A stretch of 64,000 nt of DNA from Escherichia coli (lineage in GTDB: Bacteria; Pseudomonadota; Gammaproteobacteria; Enterobacterales; Enterobacteriaceae), in assembly GCF_003334255.1 (NCBI RefSeq), contig NZ_QOWU01000010.1. One strand, 5' to 3'. Below are positions 22,273 through 34,009 of this stretch, in pieces. Both the position numbers and the translations under genes were made by a program. How positions within the stretch are numbered: the stretch's first letter is position 1; the number at the start of each line of letters is the position of its first letter. A model generated the notes under the pieces. It searched no databases, was not told the origin of the DNA, and saw nothing but the letters and a program-made list of their open reading frames with translations.

Positions 22273-22288
22273 TAGACCAGTCGGTCTA
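22273..22288. promoter_or_regulatory. NemR box (operator) in the nemR promoter
   Basis: Palindrome TAGACCAGTCGGTCTA (TAGACC-N4-GGTCTA) 15 nt upstream of the nemR ATG. It matches the published NemR-box form as I recall it. Confidence 0.75.
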
Positions 22289-22360
22289 GTGCAAGCAAAG
22301 TTGCTACTTTGGACATTAACAGCTTCAATAATGGTAATAATCTTATCTGAGGAGGGCGAA

Positions 22361-22600
22361 GTGGCGGAGCAATTAGAGTTCTTTCCCGTCCAGAGCCCGT
22401 GCCGGGGAATTTGCCAGTCTGACGAACGCGGGTTTTGTCGCGGCTGTTTTCGTAGTCGTGATGAGCGTTTTAACTGGAATAAAATGAGCGATGGCGAAAA
22501 ACAAGAGGTGCTGCGCCTTTGTCGGCAGCGATTAATGCGCAAATTACGCGCAAATAAGCCAGCGTCATCAGACGAACCGGAGCAACCATCACTCTTTTGA
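22361..22600 (+). CDS. ydhL: YdhL, DUF1289 Cys-rich small protein, 79 aa (GTG start)
   Basis: Within ORF-track 22190..22600. GTG at 22361 is preceded by GGAGGG. (M)AEQLEFFPVQSPCRGICQSDERGFCRGCFRSRDE... Confidence 0.85.
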   Translation: MAEQLEFFPVQSPCRGICQSDERGFCRGCFRSRDERFNWNKMSDGEKQEVLRLCRQRLMRKLRANKPASSDEPEQPSLF

Positions 22601-22648
22601 ACCTAATCTTGCGTATACTCCTCTCATATCTGATAAGAGGAAGCGATT

Positions 22649-23545
22649 ATGGTTCAGCGTATTACTATTGCGCCGCAAGGCCCGGAGTTTTCCCGTTTTG
22701 TGATGGGCTACTGGCGATTGATGGACTGGAATATGTCCGCCCGCCAGCTGGTCAGTTTTATTGAAGAGCATCTGGATCTCGGCGTGACCACCGTGGACCA
22801 TGCTGATATTTATGGTGGCTATCAGTGCGAAGCGGCGTTTGGCGAGGCACTGAAACTGGCACCTCACCTGCGTGAACGGATGGAAATCGTCAGTAAATGC
22901 GGTATCGCGACGACCGCGCGTGAAGAAAACGTCATTGGTCATTACATCACTGACCGCGATCACATCATTAAGAGCGCCGAACAGTCGCTAATTAATCTCG
23001 CGACCGATCATCTGGATTTGCTGTTAATCCACCGACCAGACCCGTTAATGGATGCCGATGAAGTGGCGGACGCGTTCAAACATCTGCATCAGAGCGGCAA
23101 AGTGCGTCATTTTGGCGTATCGAACTTTACGCCTGCGCAATTTGCCCTGTTGCAATCACGTCTGCCGTTTACCCTTGCCACTAATCAGGTGGAAATATCC
23201 CCGGTGCATCAGCCGTTACTGCTGGATGGCACGCTCGACCAACTACAACAACTGCGTGTTCGTCCGATGGCGTGGTCCTGCCTTGGTGGTGGTCGTCTGT
23301 TTAATGATGATTATTTCCAGCCGCTGCGTGATGAACTGGCTGTGGTGGCAGAGGAGTTAAACGCGGGCTCGATTGAACAGGTGGTTTACGCCTGGGTATT
23401 ACGTTTACCATCGCAGCCGCTGCCAATTATCGGTTCAGGTAAAATTGAGCGCGTACGGGCAGCTGTCGAAGCAGAAACACTGAAAATGACCCGTCAACAA
23501 TGGTTTCGTATCCGTAAAGCGGCACTGGGGTACGACGTACCGTAA
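22649..23545 (+). CDS. ydhF: YdhF, aldo-keto reductase family oxidoreductase, 298 aa
   Basis: ORF-track 22649..23545. AKR motifs (..DHADIYG.. ..HRPDP.. ..GVSNF..). Confidence 0.94.
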   Translation: MVQRITIAPQGPEFSRFVMGYWRLMDWNMSARQLVSFIEEHLDLGVTTVDHADIYGGYQCEAAFGEALKLAPHLRERMEIVSKCGIATTAREENVIGHYITDRDHIIKSAEQSLINLATDHLDLLLIHRPDPLMDADEVADAFKHLHQSGKVRHFGVSNFTPAQFALLQSRLPFTLATNQVEISPVHQPLLLDGTLDQLQQLRVRPMAWSCLGGGRLFNDDYFQPLRDELAVVAEELNAGSIEQVVYAWVLRLPSQPLPIIGSGKIERVRAAVEAETLKMTRQQWFRIRKAALGYDVP

Positions 23546-23625
23546 GCACTTTTAGGAATAGCCGCCGTTCAAAAATGTGTCACTGGTTTACACTTATTCA
23601 GGAATGCACAATGAACGGAGGTCCT

Positions 23626-24147
23626 ATGAAACGTTTTAGTCTGGCTATTCTGGCGCTGGTTGTTGCAACCGGCGCACAAGCTGCCAGTGAAAAAGTCGAG
23701 ATGAACCTCGTCACGTCGCAAGGGGTAGGGCAGTCAATTGGTAGCGTCACCATTACTGAAACCGATAAAGGTCTGGAGTTTTCGCCCGATCTGAAAGCAT
23801 TACCCCCCGGTGAACATGGCTTCCATATTCATGCCAAAGGAAGCTGCCAGCCAGCCACCAAAGATGGCAAAGCCAGCGCCGCGGAATCCGCAGGCGGGCA
23901 TCTTGATCCACAAAATACCGGTAAACATGAAGGGCCAGAAGGTGCCGGGCATTTAGGCGATCTGCCTGCACTGGTCGTCAATAATGACGGCAAAGCTACC
24001 GATGCCGTCATCGCGCCTCGTCTGAAATCACTGGATGAAATCAAAGACAAAGCGCTGATGGTCCACGTTGGCGGCGATAATATGTCCGATCAACCTAAAC
24101 CGCTGGGCGGTGGCGGTGAACGCTATGCCTGTGGTGTAATTAAGTAA
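23626..24147 (+). CDS. sodC: Periplasmic superoxide dismutase [Cu-Zn], 173 aa
   Basis: Within ORF-track 23575..24147. ATG 23626 follows GGAG. Signal peptide MKRFSLAILALVVATGAQA. Cu/Zn ligand motifs GFHIHAKGSC, GDLP. Confidence 0.93.
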   Translation: MKRFSLAILALVVATGAQAASEKVEMNLVTSQGVGQSIGSVTITETDKGLEFSPDLKALPPGEHGFHIHAKGSCQPATKDGKASAAESAGGHLDPQNTGKHEGPEGAGHLGDLPALVVNNDGKATDAVIAPRLKSLDEIKDKALMVHVGGDNMSDQPKPLGGGGERYACGVIK

Positions 24148-26160
24148 TTAAGAGGCCAGCGTACCTTGCGGTGGTGCTTGCTCAAGTTGCGAAAGCGAGC
24201 AGTACAGCCGCCAGACAATTGCCGCCAGCTCACGGGCGGCAGGTTGATGATGACGGGCAAGGCTGTCGCAAATCCGCTGTAATTCTTCAAGTGTGGCCGC
24301 CAGTGATTTTTGCTGAACGCCACGCTCACTCATCACTCCCCGCAACAGTGAAATACAGTTATCCCGTACTCGCGATAACGGATCGGAACGCGATTCCCAG
24401 TCGCGCAATTGCCAGACAACATGAGAACAGTTCAGCAGCACTACACCCCAGCGTAATAACCAACGGCGAGCCAGCGCATCCTGGCTGTTACTCAACTGAC
24501 TGACGTGATGATAAGTGAGCGATTCAAATTCGCTTTCACTCAGTGTTGGATGGCGGCTTAGCTGATCGACAAAATCCCGGCGCAGCGCGCGAATATGGCG
24601 GCGGCTTTTACGAGCATCCGATCCTGGACGCAGAATGGCGAACGCTAACCACGCCAACGCGACGCCAACGATTTTTGCCAGATTATCGTTAAGAAAATCA
24701 GCAAAATCATACACCGGGGGATTAGTGACAGCGATAAAAGAACCCATAAAAACAATCAGTTGCCCCCACAATGCGGCAAATTTTGGCATCTGCAATTTAA
24801 GAAGCTGCATTGTCGCCAGCAGTGGAAAGAGAAACAGTAAAAATTGCCACAGATCGCTAATCTGGACCATCAGACCAAATTTGACCACAAAGCTGAATAG
24901 CGAAAGTAACACCAGCGTGCGCATCAGAAGTGACAACGACTTAAACGGTGCTGCGACGGCGGAGTAGAGTACGCAGCTAATTGCTGCCAGCGTTAATGCA
25001 TTGGCACCGGCATCCCATTGCGAAGCAATACTCCATGCGCCAATCATCATCAACGTACAAAATGTACGCAGCCCGCTCCACATAGCTTCGGCGTTATCGG
25101 TATGACGAGCCAGGCCGGATGTCCGTGGGAGTCTGGTATGATCATCTACACCGCTTTGCAGACGATGTAATTCCTGACTACTTTGCAGATAAAGGCGGCA
25201 AAAATAACGTAGTCGCTGCCAGAAGGCGACGTGCCGATAGTCGGCGACGTTGGTCGGGCGTAGCGGGGCGATAATACGTGCGACGGTGTAAACATCTGTT
25301 TGCGAACTGGCGAGCGCCGTCAGCAACTGTTCGAGAATTTCTCGTGTGGCACCTGGCGGTGAGGGCCAGTTGAGCAACATACGTCGCAGGCTGGAGATGA
25401 CACTGGTCATACGTAATTGCTGGTGGAGCAGCGCATTAAGGCGCGCGTTTTGCTGGCGAAAACGATAGTGGCTCCAGAAAGCCTGGATACGCAGCAAATT
25501 CATGGTCAGTATCTGCCCAATCACCCCTTCATGTGCTGCACGAATGGCATCGGTTGTTTCAGGCTGCCAGAGTAAACTGGCATGTTCCAGTAATCGGGCG
25601 TGCATGTTTTTCAATGCGGTTAAAAGGGCAGTAGCATCGGAACTGCTCGGCAGGATCATCATCATCATGCCGCCGCACAAAATACCGACTATTACCTCGC
25701 AAACGCGCGCCTGAGCGATATCCCACAGCTGGCTGGCCTCAGTAATATTAACCATCGGAAAGGCGATGATGGCAGCCGTGTAGCCCGCCAGTTGAAATGC
25801 ATACGCGACGTTATTCGTGAAGTGCGCACAGGCCCAGGTACAAAAGCCAAGCCACGCCGACATGCTCAATAGAAAAAACCACGGCTCATTGAGCGTATGC
25901 CCGGCAAGAAGCAGTGCCGCAATGGCTCCGAGCAAACTGCCAGCGATGCGTCCGAGGCTTTTGCTGATAACACCGCCAACGGTGGGAAAGCTAACCACTG
26001 CAGCCGAGGTCATCGCCCAATAGGGTTCATCCAGATTTAAATAATAGGCAACCGTCAGCGCCAGACACATGGCAATGGTATTGCGTAACGCATAACGCCA
26101 TTGCGCCAGCGTGGCCCTGAACCAGGGCAAATTGCGCAAGGACCATGACGATGCGTTCAT
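24148..26160 (-). CDS. ydhK: YdhK, AaeB/FUSC-family inner-membrane efflux protein paralogue, 670 aa
   Basis: ORF-track 24148..26160. Two polytopic membrane domains separated by a soluble region. The start overlaps the ydhJ stop (ATGA). Confidence 0.92.
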   Translation of the reverse strand: MNASSWSLRNLPWFRATLAQWRYALRNTIAMCLALTVAYYLNLDEPYWAMTSAAVVSFPTVGGVISKSLGRIAGSLLGAIAALLLAGHTLNEPWFFLLSMSAWLGFCTWACAHFTNNVAYAFQLAGYTAAIIAFPMVNITEASQLWDIAQARVCEVIVGILCGGMMMMILPSSSDATALLTALKNMHARLLEHASLLWQPETTDAIRAAHEGVIGQILTMNLLRIQAFWSHYRFRQQNARLNALLHQQLRMTSVISSLRRMLLNWPSPPGATREILEQLLTALASSQTDVYTVARIIAPLRPTNVADYRHVAFWQRLRYFCRLYLQSSQELHRLQSGVDDHTRLPRTSGLARHTDNAEAMWSGLRTFCTLMMIGAWSIASQWDAGANALTLAAISCVLYSAVAAPFKSLSLLMRTLVLLSLFSFVVKFGLMVQISDLWQFLLFLFPLLATMQLLKLQMPKFAALWGQLIVFMGSFIAVTNPPVYDFADFLNDNLAKIVGVALAWLAFAILRPGSDARKSRRHIRALRRDFVDQLSRHPTLSESEFESLTYHHVSQLSNSQDALARRWLLRWGVVLLNCSHVVWQLRDWESRSDPLSRVRDNCISLLRGVMSERGVQQKSLAATLEELQRICDSLARHHQPAARELAAIVWRLYCSLSQLEQAPPQGTLAS

Positions 26161-27017
26161 TATTGACCTACGGCAATGCTACAGGTGGTGCCCGACACCA
26201 ACGTGACATCGCCTGGGACTTTATCCAGCGCAAAGCGGACGGGAACGCGTTGGGCGAGTCGAACCCAGGGGACGTTGGGTTTAACATCCGGAATAAGGCT
26301 TGAGTCACTTTCAACGCTCTGATCATAAATCGCCCGACCGATACTGGAAACGTGACCCTGTAACGTTTTGTTATCACTATAGAGGGTAATTTGTGCTGGT
26401 GCACCTTCGCGGATATGGCGCAACTTGGTTTCTTCAAAATAACCAATGACGTAAAACGAGTGGCTGTCGACAAGGGCAAACAGCGGTTTCCCGGTATCAG
26501 CGTAATCGCCGATGCGGGTAGTAAGGTTAGTCACCCATCCACTCACCGGGGCGCGAATTTCCGTTTGCGCCAGTTGCCATTGTGCCTGTTTCAGCGTCGC
26601 CTGTGCGGCATCAACACTGGCCTGCATCGCTTTAACATTGAGGTTAGCGGTATCGAGTTCTTCGGCAGAAATAAAATTTTGTGAGAGATGACGACGACGA
26701 TTCGCTTCGTTATTGGCTTTTGCGAGGTCAGATTGCGCTTTCGCCAGCTGAGCCTGTGCGTTCAGCTCGGCGATCTGAAAGGGCGTTTTATCGATCGTGA
26801 GCAGAAGATCCCCCGCGTTAACCAGCTGGTTGTCTTTTATATTCAGCTCAACAATACGTCCCGACACCTGTGGGGTGATAGAAACCTGTTCTGCGCGTAT
26901 TTTCCCGTCGCGTGTCCACGGAGATTGCATGTAATAATTCCACAGCCACCATCCGGCAAGAACCGCAACTACCGCTACAATGATTGTTGAGAAATACTTA
27001 ATTGTTTTAATTGACAT
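26160..27017 (-). CDS. ydhJ: YdhJ, HlyD/AaeA-like membrane-fusion protein, 285 aa
   Basis: Within ORF-track 26160..27059. Start chosen at ATG 27017 ([17 protein letters not shown]..), just after the ydhI stop at 27020. Confidence 0.9.
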   Translation of the reverse strand: MSIKTIKYFSTIIVAVVAVLAGWWLWNYYMQSPWTRDGKIRAEQVSITPQVSGRIVELNIKDNQLVNAGDLLLTIDKTPFQIAELNAQAQLAKAQSDLAKANNEANRRRHLSQNFISAEELDTANLNVKAMQASVDAAQATLKQAQWQLAQTEIRAPVSGWVTNLTTRIGDYADTGKPLFALVDSHSFYVIGYFEETKLRHIREGAPAQITLYSDNKTLQGHVSSIGRAIYDQSVESDSSLIPDVKPNVPWVRLAQRVPVRFALDKVPGDVTLVSGTTCSIAVGQ

Positions 27018-27019
27018 AG

Positions 27020-27256
27020 TTACCACGCAATCAGTATTGCCAGAGCAAGGCAAACGCAAATCGCAAACAGCGATAAATCCATTAACAAGGGATGCCAGAT
27101 GTCACCGGCGTAGATCCAGCCACGAAGCAGGCGGTGTACGACAAGCCAGATGACGAATCCAAACGCGAATGCTTTGAAAAACGGAGGAAAGTAGACGGAC
27201 GCACCGAACACCAGATCTTGTAAGGGCAATCCTGTTGCATTGAGCATAAACTTCAC
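27020..27256 (-). CDS. ydhI: YdhI, DUF1656/AaeX-like small membrane protein, 78 aa
   Basis: ORF-track 27020..27256. Two predicted TM helices. First gene of ydhIJK. Confidence 0.9.
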
Positions 27257-27428
27257 AAAGTAGATTCCTTTACGACCGAATATATTGCGTTAGATTAATA
27301 AATATTCTTTAAGTGCGAAAAATTTACGCGCAATTTCTGAAAAATATGTCTGACGGTAACCAAATGCAGCAATACATTTGTTTTAGCAATACAATTGCTG
27401 CACACTATTCTAAAAGCCGCATAATATC

Positions 27429-27440
27429 TTAGCAAGCTAA
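27429..27440. promoter_or_regulatory. SlyA binding site (autoregulatory) in the slyA/ydhI divergent region
   Basis: Perfect palindrome TTAGCAAGCTAA, identical to the published SlyA consensus, 17 nt upstream of the slyA start. Confidence 0.75.
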
Positions 27441-27456
27441 TTATAAGGAGATGAAA

Positions 27457-27891
27457 TTGGAATCGCCACTAGGTTCTGATCTGGCACGGTTGGTGCGCAT
27501 ATGGCGTGCTCTGATAGACCATCGCCTGAAACCGCTGGAGTTAACACAAACCCATTGGGTTACGTTACACAATATCCATCAGTTACCTCCAGACCAGTCG
27601 CAAATTCAACTGGCAAAAGCGATTGGCATCGAGCAGCCATCACTGGTCCGTACTCTGGACCAACTGGAAGAAAAAGGGTTAATTTCGCGTCAAACTTGTG
27701 CCAGCGATCGTCGGGCTAAACGTATTAAACTGACGGAAAAGGCAGAGCCGCTGATCAGCGAAATGGAAGCTGTTATTAACAAAACCCGCGCGGAAATATT
27801 ACATGGCATCTCCGCAGAGGAACTGGAGCAACTGATTACGCTCATCGCAAAACTTGAGCATAATATCATTGAGTTACAGGCCAAAGGGTGA
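27457..27891 (+). CDS. slyA: SlyA, MarR-family transcriptional regulator, 144 aa (TTG start)
   Basis: ORF-track 27451..27891. ATG 27451 abuts the SD AAGGAG (27445-27450) with zero spacing, whereas TTG 27457 has a 6-nt spacing. K-12 SlyA is annotated from the TTG. Confidence 0.9.
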
Positions 27892-27901
27892 AATGAAGGG
27901 G

Positions 27902-27929
27902 GCGTGTGGTCAGTAACCTGACCACACGC
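27902..27929. terminator. Hairpin between convergent slyA and slyB (probable bidirectional terminator, weak U-tracts)
   Basis: GCGTGTGGTCAG-TAAC-CTGACCACACGC, a 12-bp perfect stem. Confidence 0.5.
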
Positions 27930-27937
27930 AAACTTAT

Positions 27938-28405
27938 TTAGCGCGGAGAAACGGTCACCTGACTGCCATTGCTGGCCAGTACGACACGTTGGCCCGGAGA
28001 GAAACGAGTGTTGCCTTGTTTCTGTACCACCATGATGGTATTACCATCGTCTTTACGAATTTCCAGCTCGACACCCTGCGTTTTGTTCATTGCACTCTGT
28101 ACGCCCTGACCAGCTACGCCACCTGCAACAGCGCCTGCTGCAGTAGCCAGAGAACGCCCGGTTCCGCCACCAACAGTATTCCCCAGGAAACCACCAAGAA
28201 CAGCACCGCCAATTGCACCGATAACGTTGGAATCATCACCGCCCTGAATCTGTACCGGACGTACGTTAACGATGGTGCCATAGCTGACATTCTGTACTTG
28301 TTTCGCTTCAGAAGCGGTATAAACATCCCCTGACAGGGTGTCGTTATTAACACAACCGACAAGAGACAGACCTACCATTGAAACAACCAATACGCGTTTA
28401 ATCAT
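27938..28405 (-). CDS. slyB: SlyB, outer-membrane lipoprotein (Gly-zipper), 155 aa
   Basis: ORF-track 27938..28405. Lipobox LSLVGC. Glycine-zipper GAIGGAVLGGFLGNTVGGGTG. Confidence 0.95.
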   Translation of the reverse strand: MIKRVLVVSMVGLSLVGCVNNDTLSGDVYTASEAKQVQNVSYGTIVNVRPVQIQGGDDSNVIGAIGGAVLGGFLGNTVGGGTGRSLATAAGAVAGGVAGQGVQSAMNKTQGVELEIRKDDGNTIMVVQKQGNTRFSPGQRVVLASNGSQVTVSPR

Positions 28406-28528
28406 TGAAAAATCTCCTGTTCACCATGAAACGCCACGCAAGCATCCCTCATGGTCAAAGTATATGGCATATGTGAATCCATGGTTACATGTTCTACCAA
28501 ATATGAGCAAATCATAATGAAAGTAGGA

Positions 28529-28545
28529 TCAACCAATTATAAACA
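28529..28545 (-). promoter_or_regulatory. Putative PhoP box of the slyB promoter
   Basis: - strand TGTTTA-TAATT-GGTTGA (direct repeat (T/G)GTTTA-N5-(T/G)GTTTA) followed 12 nt later by TATGAT (-10; + strand 28511-28516). slyB is an established PhoP regulon member. Confidence 0.55.
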
Positions 28546-28678
28546 AAACATTCATGATGATTATTGATTTGAAGATAATGTTTTACTACCAACGGTAAAA
28601 ATCGGTCATTCCGCATGGTATTCACGAAAAGTTTATGTTTGAGTGGTGCGCAAACGTCAGATTGAAAAAGGATGAACT

Positions 28679-29788
28679 ATGAAATCGGGCCGCTTTATTG
28701 GCGTTATGTCAGGCACCAGCCTTGATGGTGTTGATGTTGTGTTGGCGACAATTGATGAACACCGGGTCGCACAGCTGGCAAGTTTGAGTTGGCCGATCCC
28801 GGTATCTCTGAAACAGGCTGTACTGGATATTTGCCAGGGCCAGCAGCTTACACTTTCGCAGTTTGGACAGCTTGATACTCAACTCGGGCGACTTTTTGCT
28901 GATGCGGTCAATGCCTTGCTTAAGGAACAAAATCTGCAGGCAAGAGATATAGTTGCGATCGGTTGTCACGGTCAAACCGTCTGGCATGAACCGACGGGCG
29001 TGGCACCACACACTTTACAGATTGGCGATAACAATCAAATTGTGGCACGCACCGGAATTACGGTTGTCGGTGATTTTCGCCGTCGCGATATTGCCTTGGG
29101 AGGACAAGGCGCACCGCTGGTACCTGCGTTCCATCATGCGCTGCTGGCTCACCCAACCGAGCGACGAATGGTGCTCAATATTGGCGGCATCGCCAATCTG
29201 TCACTGCTCATTCCTGGGCAGCCGGTTGGGGGCTACGATACCGGTCCTGGTAACATGCTGATGGATGCCTGGATCTGGCGTCAGGCCGGTAAACCTTACG
29301 ATAAAGATGCCGAGTGGGCACGGGCGGGTAAAGTTATTCTCCCACTGCTGCAAAATATGCTCAGCGACCCGTATTTCTCGCAACCTGCACCGAAAAGCAC
29401 CGGACGCGAATACTTTAACTATGGTTGGCTGGAGCGCCATTTGCGCCATTTTCCGGGTGTTGATCCCCGAGATGTGCAGGCGACACTGGCAGAACTCACC
29501 GCCGTGACCATTTCTGAACAAGTTTTGTTGAGCGGTGGCTGCGAACGATTGATGGTATGTGGTGGAGGTAGTCGTAATCCGCTACTCATGGCGCGTCTGG
29601 CGGCATTACTGCCAGGCACAGAAGTCACCACCACCGATGCCGTTGGCATTAGTGGCGATGACATGGAAGCATTGGCTTTCGCCTGGCTTGCCTGGCGGAC
29701 GCTGGCGGGATTACCAGGAAATCTGCCTTCCGTCACTGGCGCAAGCCAGGAGACGGTACTGGGGGCTATTTTCCCCGCTAACCCGTGA
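28679..29788 (+). CDS. anmK: Anhydro-N-acetylmuramic acid kinase, 369 aa
   Basis: ORF-track 28679..29788. [23 protein letters not shown]... Confidence 0.96.
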
Positions 29789-29885
29789 TATCAGAGTTAA
29801 CTGAATTTTTCTTACCGCGTCTGCCGTTACACTTGGAACGTTAGGGAGGGCGTATTGCCCTCCAGACCAGGAAAGTCTTCGGGAT

Positions 29886-30215
29886 ATGACTATGAAAAAA
29901 CTGTTAATTATCATTTTGCCGGTCCTTCTCTCCGGCTGTAGCGCCTTTAATCAGCTGGTTGAGCGCATGCAAACCGATACGCTGGAATACCAGTGTGATG
30001 AAAAACCGTTGACGGTCAAACTGAATAATCCGCGCCAGGAGGTCAGTTTTGTTTACGATAATCAACTACTGCATCTCAAACAGGGCATTTCAGCCTCTGG
30101 CGCGCGTTACACTGACGGAATCTATGTTTTCTGGTCGAAAGGCGATGAAGCGACTGTCTATAAACGCGACCGCATCGTCTTGAATAACTGTCAGTTACAA
30201 AATCCACAGCGTTGA
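29886..30215 (+). CDS. mliC: MliC, membrane-bound lysozyme inhibitor of C-type lysozyme (lipoprotein), 109 aa
   Basis: ORF-track 29886..30215. Lipobox LLSGC. Confidence 0.94.
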   Translation: MTMKKLLIIILPVLLSGCSAFNQLVERMQTDTLEYQCDEKPLTVKLNNPRQEVSFVYDNQLLHLKQGISASGARYTDGIYVFWSKGDEATVYKRDRIVLNNCQLQNPQR

Positions 30216-30273
30216 GATTTTTCCAGGGGCGGCGCACAATAGCGTCACCCACTGACAATCCGTAAAGAAAACC

Positions 30274-30930
30274 ATGTCTGATAACGACGAATTGCAGCAA
30301 ATCGCGCATCTGCGCCGTGAATACACCAAAGGCGGGTTACGCCGCCGCGATCTTCCCGCCGATCCATTAACCCTTTTTGAACGTTGGCTCTCTCAGGCTT
30401 GTGAAGCCAAACTGGCGGACCCTACCGCGATGGTGGTCGCTACCGTGGATGAACATGGTCAGCCTTATCAGCGCATCGTTTTACTCAAACATTACGACGA
30501 AAAAGGCATGGTGTTTTACACCAACCTCGGCAGCCGTAAAGCACATCAAATCGAAAATAATCCGCGCGTTAGCCTGCTGTTCCCGTGGCATACCCTTGAG
30601 CGCCAGGTGATGGTGATCGGTAAAGCAGAACGACTTTCGACTCTCGAAGTGATGAAATATTTTCATAGCCGCCCGCGTGATAGCCAGATTGGTGCATGGG
30701 TTTCGAAGCAGTCCAGTCGCATTTCTGCCCGCGGTATCCTTGAAAGTAAATTCCTGGAGCTGAAGCAGAAGTTTCAACAGGGCGAAGTGCCATTGCCGAG
30801 CTTTTGGGGCGGTTTTCGCGTCAGCCTTGAACAGATTGAGTTCTGGCAGGGTGGTGAGCATCGCCTGCATGACCGCTTTTTGTACCAGCGTGAAAATGAT
30901 GCGTGGAAGATTGATCGTCTTGCACCCTGA
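30274..30930 (+). CDS. pdxH: Pyridoxine/pyridoxamine 5'-phosphate oxidase, 218 aa
   Basis: ORF-track 30274..30930. C-terminal ..[17 protein letters not shown].. motif. Confidence 0.97.
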
Positions 30931-31058
30931 AAAGATGCAAAAATCTTGCTTTAATCGCTGGTACTCCTGATTCTGGCACTTTATTCTATGTCTCTTTCGC
31001 ATCTGGCGAAAAGTCGTGTACCGGCAAAGGTGCAGTCGTTATATACATGGAGATTTTG

Positions 31059-32333
31059 ATGGCAAGCAGTAACTTGATTAAACAATTGCAAGAGCGGGGG
31101 CTGGTAGCCCAGGTGACGGACGAGGAAGCGTTAGCAGAGCGACTGGCGCAAGGCCCGATCGCGCTCTATTGCGGCTTCGATCCTACCGCTGACAGCTTGC
31201 ATTTGGGGCATCTTGTTCCATTGTTATGCCTGAAACGCTTCCAGCAGGCGGGCCACAAGCCGGTTGCGCTGGTAGGCGGCGCGACGGGTCTGATTGGCGA
31301 CCCGAGCTTCAAAGCTGCCGAGCGTAAGCTGAACACCGAAGAAACTGTTCAGGAGTGGGTGGACAAAATCCGTAAGCAGGTTGCCCCGTTCCTCGATTTC
31401 GACTGTGGAGAAAACTCTGCTATCGCGGCGAACAACTATGACTGGTTCGGCAATATGAATGTGCTGACCTTCCTGCGCGATATTGGCAAACACTTCTCCG
31501 TTAACCAGATGATCAACAAAGAAGCGGTTAAGCAGCGTCTCAACCGTGAAGATCAGGGGATTTCGTTCACTGAGTTTTCCTACAACCTGTTGCAGGGTTA
31601 TGACTTCGCCTGTCTGAACAAACAGTACGGTGTGGTGCTGCAAATTGGTGGTTCTGACCAGTGGGGTAACATCACTTCTGGTATCGACCTGACCCGTCGT
31701 CTGCATCAGAATCAGGTGTTTGGCCTGACCGTTCCGCTGATCACTAAAGCAGATGGCACCAAATTTGGTAAAACTGAAGGCGGCGCAGTCTGGTTGGATC
31801 CGAAGAAAACCAGCCCGTACAAATTCTACCAGTTCTGGATCAACACTGCGGATGCCGACGTTTACCGCTTCCTGAAGTTCTTCACCTTTATGAGCATTGA
31901 AGAGATCAACGCCCTGGAAGAAGAAGATAAAAACAGCGGTAAAGCACCGCGCGCCCAGTATGTACTGGCGGAGCAGGTGACTCGTCTGGTTCACGGTGAA
32001 GAAGGTTTACAGGCGGCAAAACGTATTACCGAATGCCTGTTCAGCGGTTCTTTGAGTGCGCTGAGTGAAGCGGACTTCGAACAGCTGGCGCAGGACGGCG
32101 TACCGATGGTTGAGATGGAAAAGGGCGCAGACCTGATGCAGGCACTGGTCGATTCTGAACTGCAACCTTCCCGTGGTCAGGCACGTAAAACTATCGCCTC
32201 CAATGCCATCACCATTAACGGTGAAAAACAGTCCGATCCTGAATACTTCTTTAAAGAAGAAGATCGTCTGTTTGGTCGTTTTACCTTACTGCGTCGCGGT
32301 AAAAAGAATTACTGTCTGATTTGCTGGAAATAA
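31059..32333 (+). CDS. tyrS: Tyrosine--tRNA ligase, 424 aa
   Basis: Within ORF-track 31047..32333. ATG 31059 is 6 nt after GGAG. HIGH (HLGH) and KMSKS-like (KFGKT) motifs. C-terminal S4 domain. Confidence 0.96.
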
Positions 32334-32348
32334 TGCATTAAGTGGAAA

Positions 32349-32381
32349 GGGGGAGTGAGAAATCACTCCCCCTGGTTTTTA
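32349..32381 (+). terminator. Intrinsic terminator/attenuator after tyrS (upstream of pdxY)
   Basis: GGGGGAGTGA-GAAA-TCACTCCCCC followed by TGGTTTTTA. Confidence 0.75.
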
Positions 32382-32391
32382 TACAGGGAAC

Positions 32392-33255
32392 ATGATGAAA
32401 AATATTCTCGCTATCCAGTCTCACGTTGTTTATGGTCATGCGGGTAACAGTGCGGCAGAGTTTCCGATGCGCCGCCTGGGCGCGAACGTCTGGCCGCTGA
32501 ACACCGTTCAATTTTCTAATCACACCCAATACGGCAAATGGACTGGCTGCGTGATGCCGCCCAGCCATTTAACCGAAATTGTGCAAGGCATTGCCGCCAT
32601 TGATAAATTACACACCTGTGATGCCGTATTAAGTGGCTATCTGGGATCGGCGGAGCAGGGTGAACATATCCTCGGTATCGTCCGTCAGGTGAAAGCCGCG
32701 AATCCGCAGGCGAAATATTTTTGCGATCCGGTAATGGGTCATCCGGAAAAAGGCTGTATCGTTGCACCGGGTGTCGCAGAGTTTCATGTGCGGCACGGTT
32801 TGCCTGCCAGCGATATCATTGCGCCAAATCTGGTTGAGCTGGAAATACTCTGTGAGCATGCGGTAAATAACGTCGAAGAAGCGGTTCTGGCAGCGCGCGA
32901 ACTCATTGCGCAAGGGCCACAAATTGTGTTGGTTAAACACCTGGCGCGAGCTGGCTACAGCCGTGACCGTTTTGAAATGCTGCTGGTCACCGCCGATGAA
33001 GCCTGGCATATCAGCCGTCCGCTGGTGGATTTTGGTATGCGCCAGCCGGTAGGTGTTGGTGATGTGACGAGCGGTTTACTGCTGGTGAAACTGCTTCAGG
33101 GGGCAACGCTGCAGGAGGCGCTGGAACATGTGACCGCTGCAGTCTACGAAATCATGGTGACCACCAAAGCAATGCAGGAATATGAGCTGCAAGTGGTGGC
33201 TGCTCAGGATCGTATTGCCAAACCAGAACATTACTTCAGCGCAACAAAGCTCTGA
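32392..33255 (+). CDS. pdxY: Pyridoxal kinase 2 (PdxY), 287 aa
   Basis: ORF-track 32392..33255. Ribokinase-fold PL kinase [22 protein letters not shown]... Confidence 0.96.
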   Translation: MMKNILAIQSHVVYGHAGNSAAEFPMRRLGANVWPLNTVQFSNHTQYGKWTGCVMPPSHLTEIVQGIAAIDKLHTCDAVLSGYLGSAEQGEHILGIVRQVKAANPQAKYFCDPVMGHPEKGCIVAPGVAEFHVRHGLPASDIIAPNLVELEILCEHAVNNVEEAVLAARELIAQGPQIVLVKHLARAGYSRDRFEMLLVTADEAWHISRPLVDFGMRQPVGVGDVTSGLLLVKLLQGATLQEALEHVTAAVYEIMVTTKAMQEYELQVVAAQDRIAKPEHYFSATKL

Positions 33256-33298
33256 AATATCTCATTTCGGCCCACAACGACCTGTGGGCCGATGGCTA

Positions 33299-33904
33299 TT
33301 ACTTTAAGCCTTCCGCTGACAGCGCGTCTTGTACTTCCGGACGTTCAGCCATACGTTGCATAAATGCTGCAATGTGCTCTAACCCTTCCAGATTCAGTTT
33401 CACCGCGTATGCCCAGCGCAGAACCGTAAACAGATAGGCATCAGCAATTGTAAATCTTTGCCCGCAGATCCAGTGCTCATCCTTCAGTGCCTCGTTCACA
33501 TATTGCAGCTTCTTCTCCAGCTGCGCGCGAACTGTCGGTTTGTACTCTTCCGGTGTATCAGGGCGAAACAGAGGTGTGAAACCTTTATGCAGCTCGGTGG
33601 CGATGTAATTCAGCCATTCGATGGTTTTATAGCGGGAAATACTGTTTACCGGTGCCAGCAACTGGCGGTCGGGGACGCTGTCGGCAAGATACTGCATAAT
33701 CGCTACGCCTTCCGTCAGCAAAGTACCGTCATCCAGCAGCAATGCAGGCACCTGCCCCTTAGGGTTAACGGCAAAGTAATCGTCACCGTTTTCGAGACGT
33801 TTTTTCATTAAATCCACACTGACGAGGGTAAAATCCTTTCCGCTCTCACGCAGGGTGATATGGGAAGCGAGAGAGCAGGCACCCGGTTTGTAGAACAATT
33901 TCAT
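33299..33904 (-). CDS. gstA: Glutathione S-transferase, 201 aa
   Basis: ORF-track 33299..33904. [22 protein letters not shown]... Confidence 0.96.
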
Positions 33905-33952
33905 CGGTAACTCCTTTTGTCTGTGGTTTAAAGTATGGTAGTGCGTTGCTGA

Positions 33953-33988
33953 ACAAAAAAAAAGCCGCTAACGAAAAGTTAGCGGCTT
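33953..33988 (-). terminator. Intrinsic terminator downstream of dtpA
   Basis: - strand AAGCCGCTAAC-TTTTC-GTTAGCGGCTT followed by TTTTTTTT. Confidence 0.85.
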
Positions 33989-34009
33989 GTAAAAGAGTTT
34001 CCCTGAATT

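Noticed and set aside
33267-33292. Hairpin TCGGCCCACA-ACGACC-TGTGGGCCGA between pdxY and gstA as an intrinsic terminator
   Set aside because: The stem is good, but there is no U-tract on either strand. It is left unannotated and may still act as an RNA-stability or Rho-related element.
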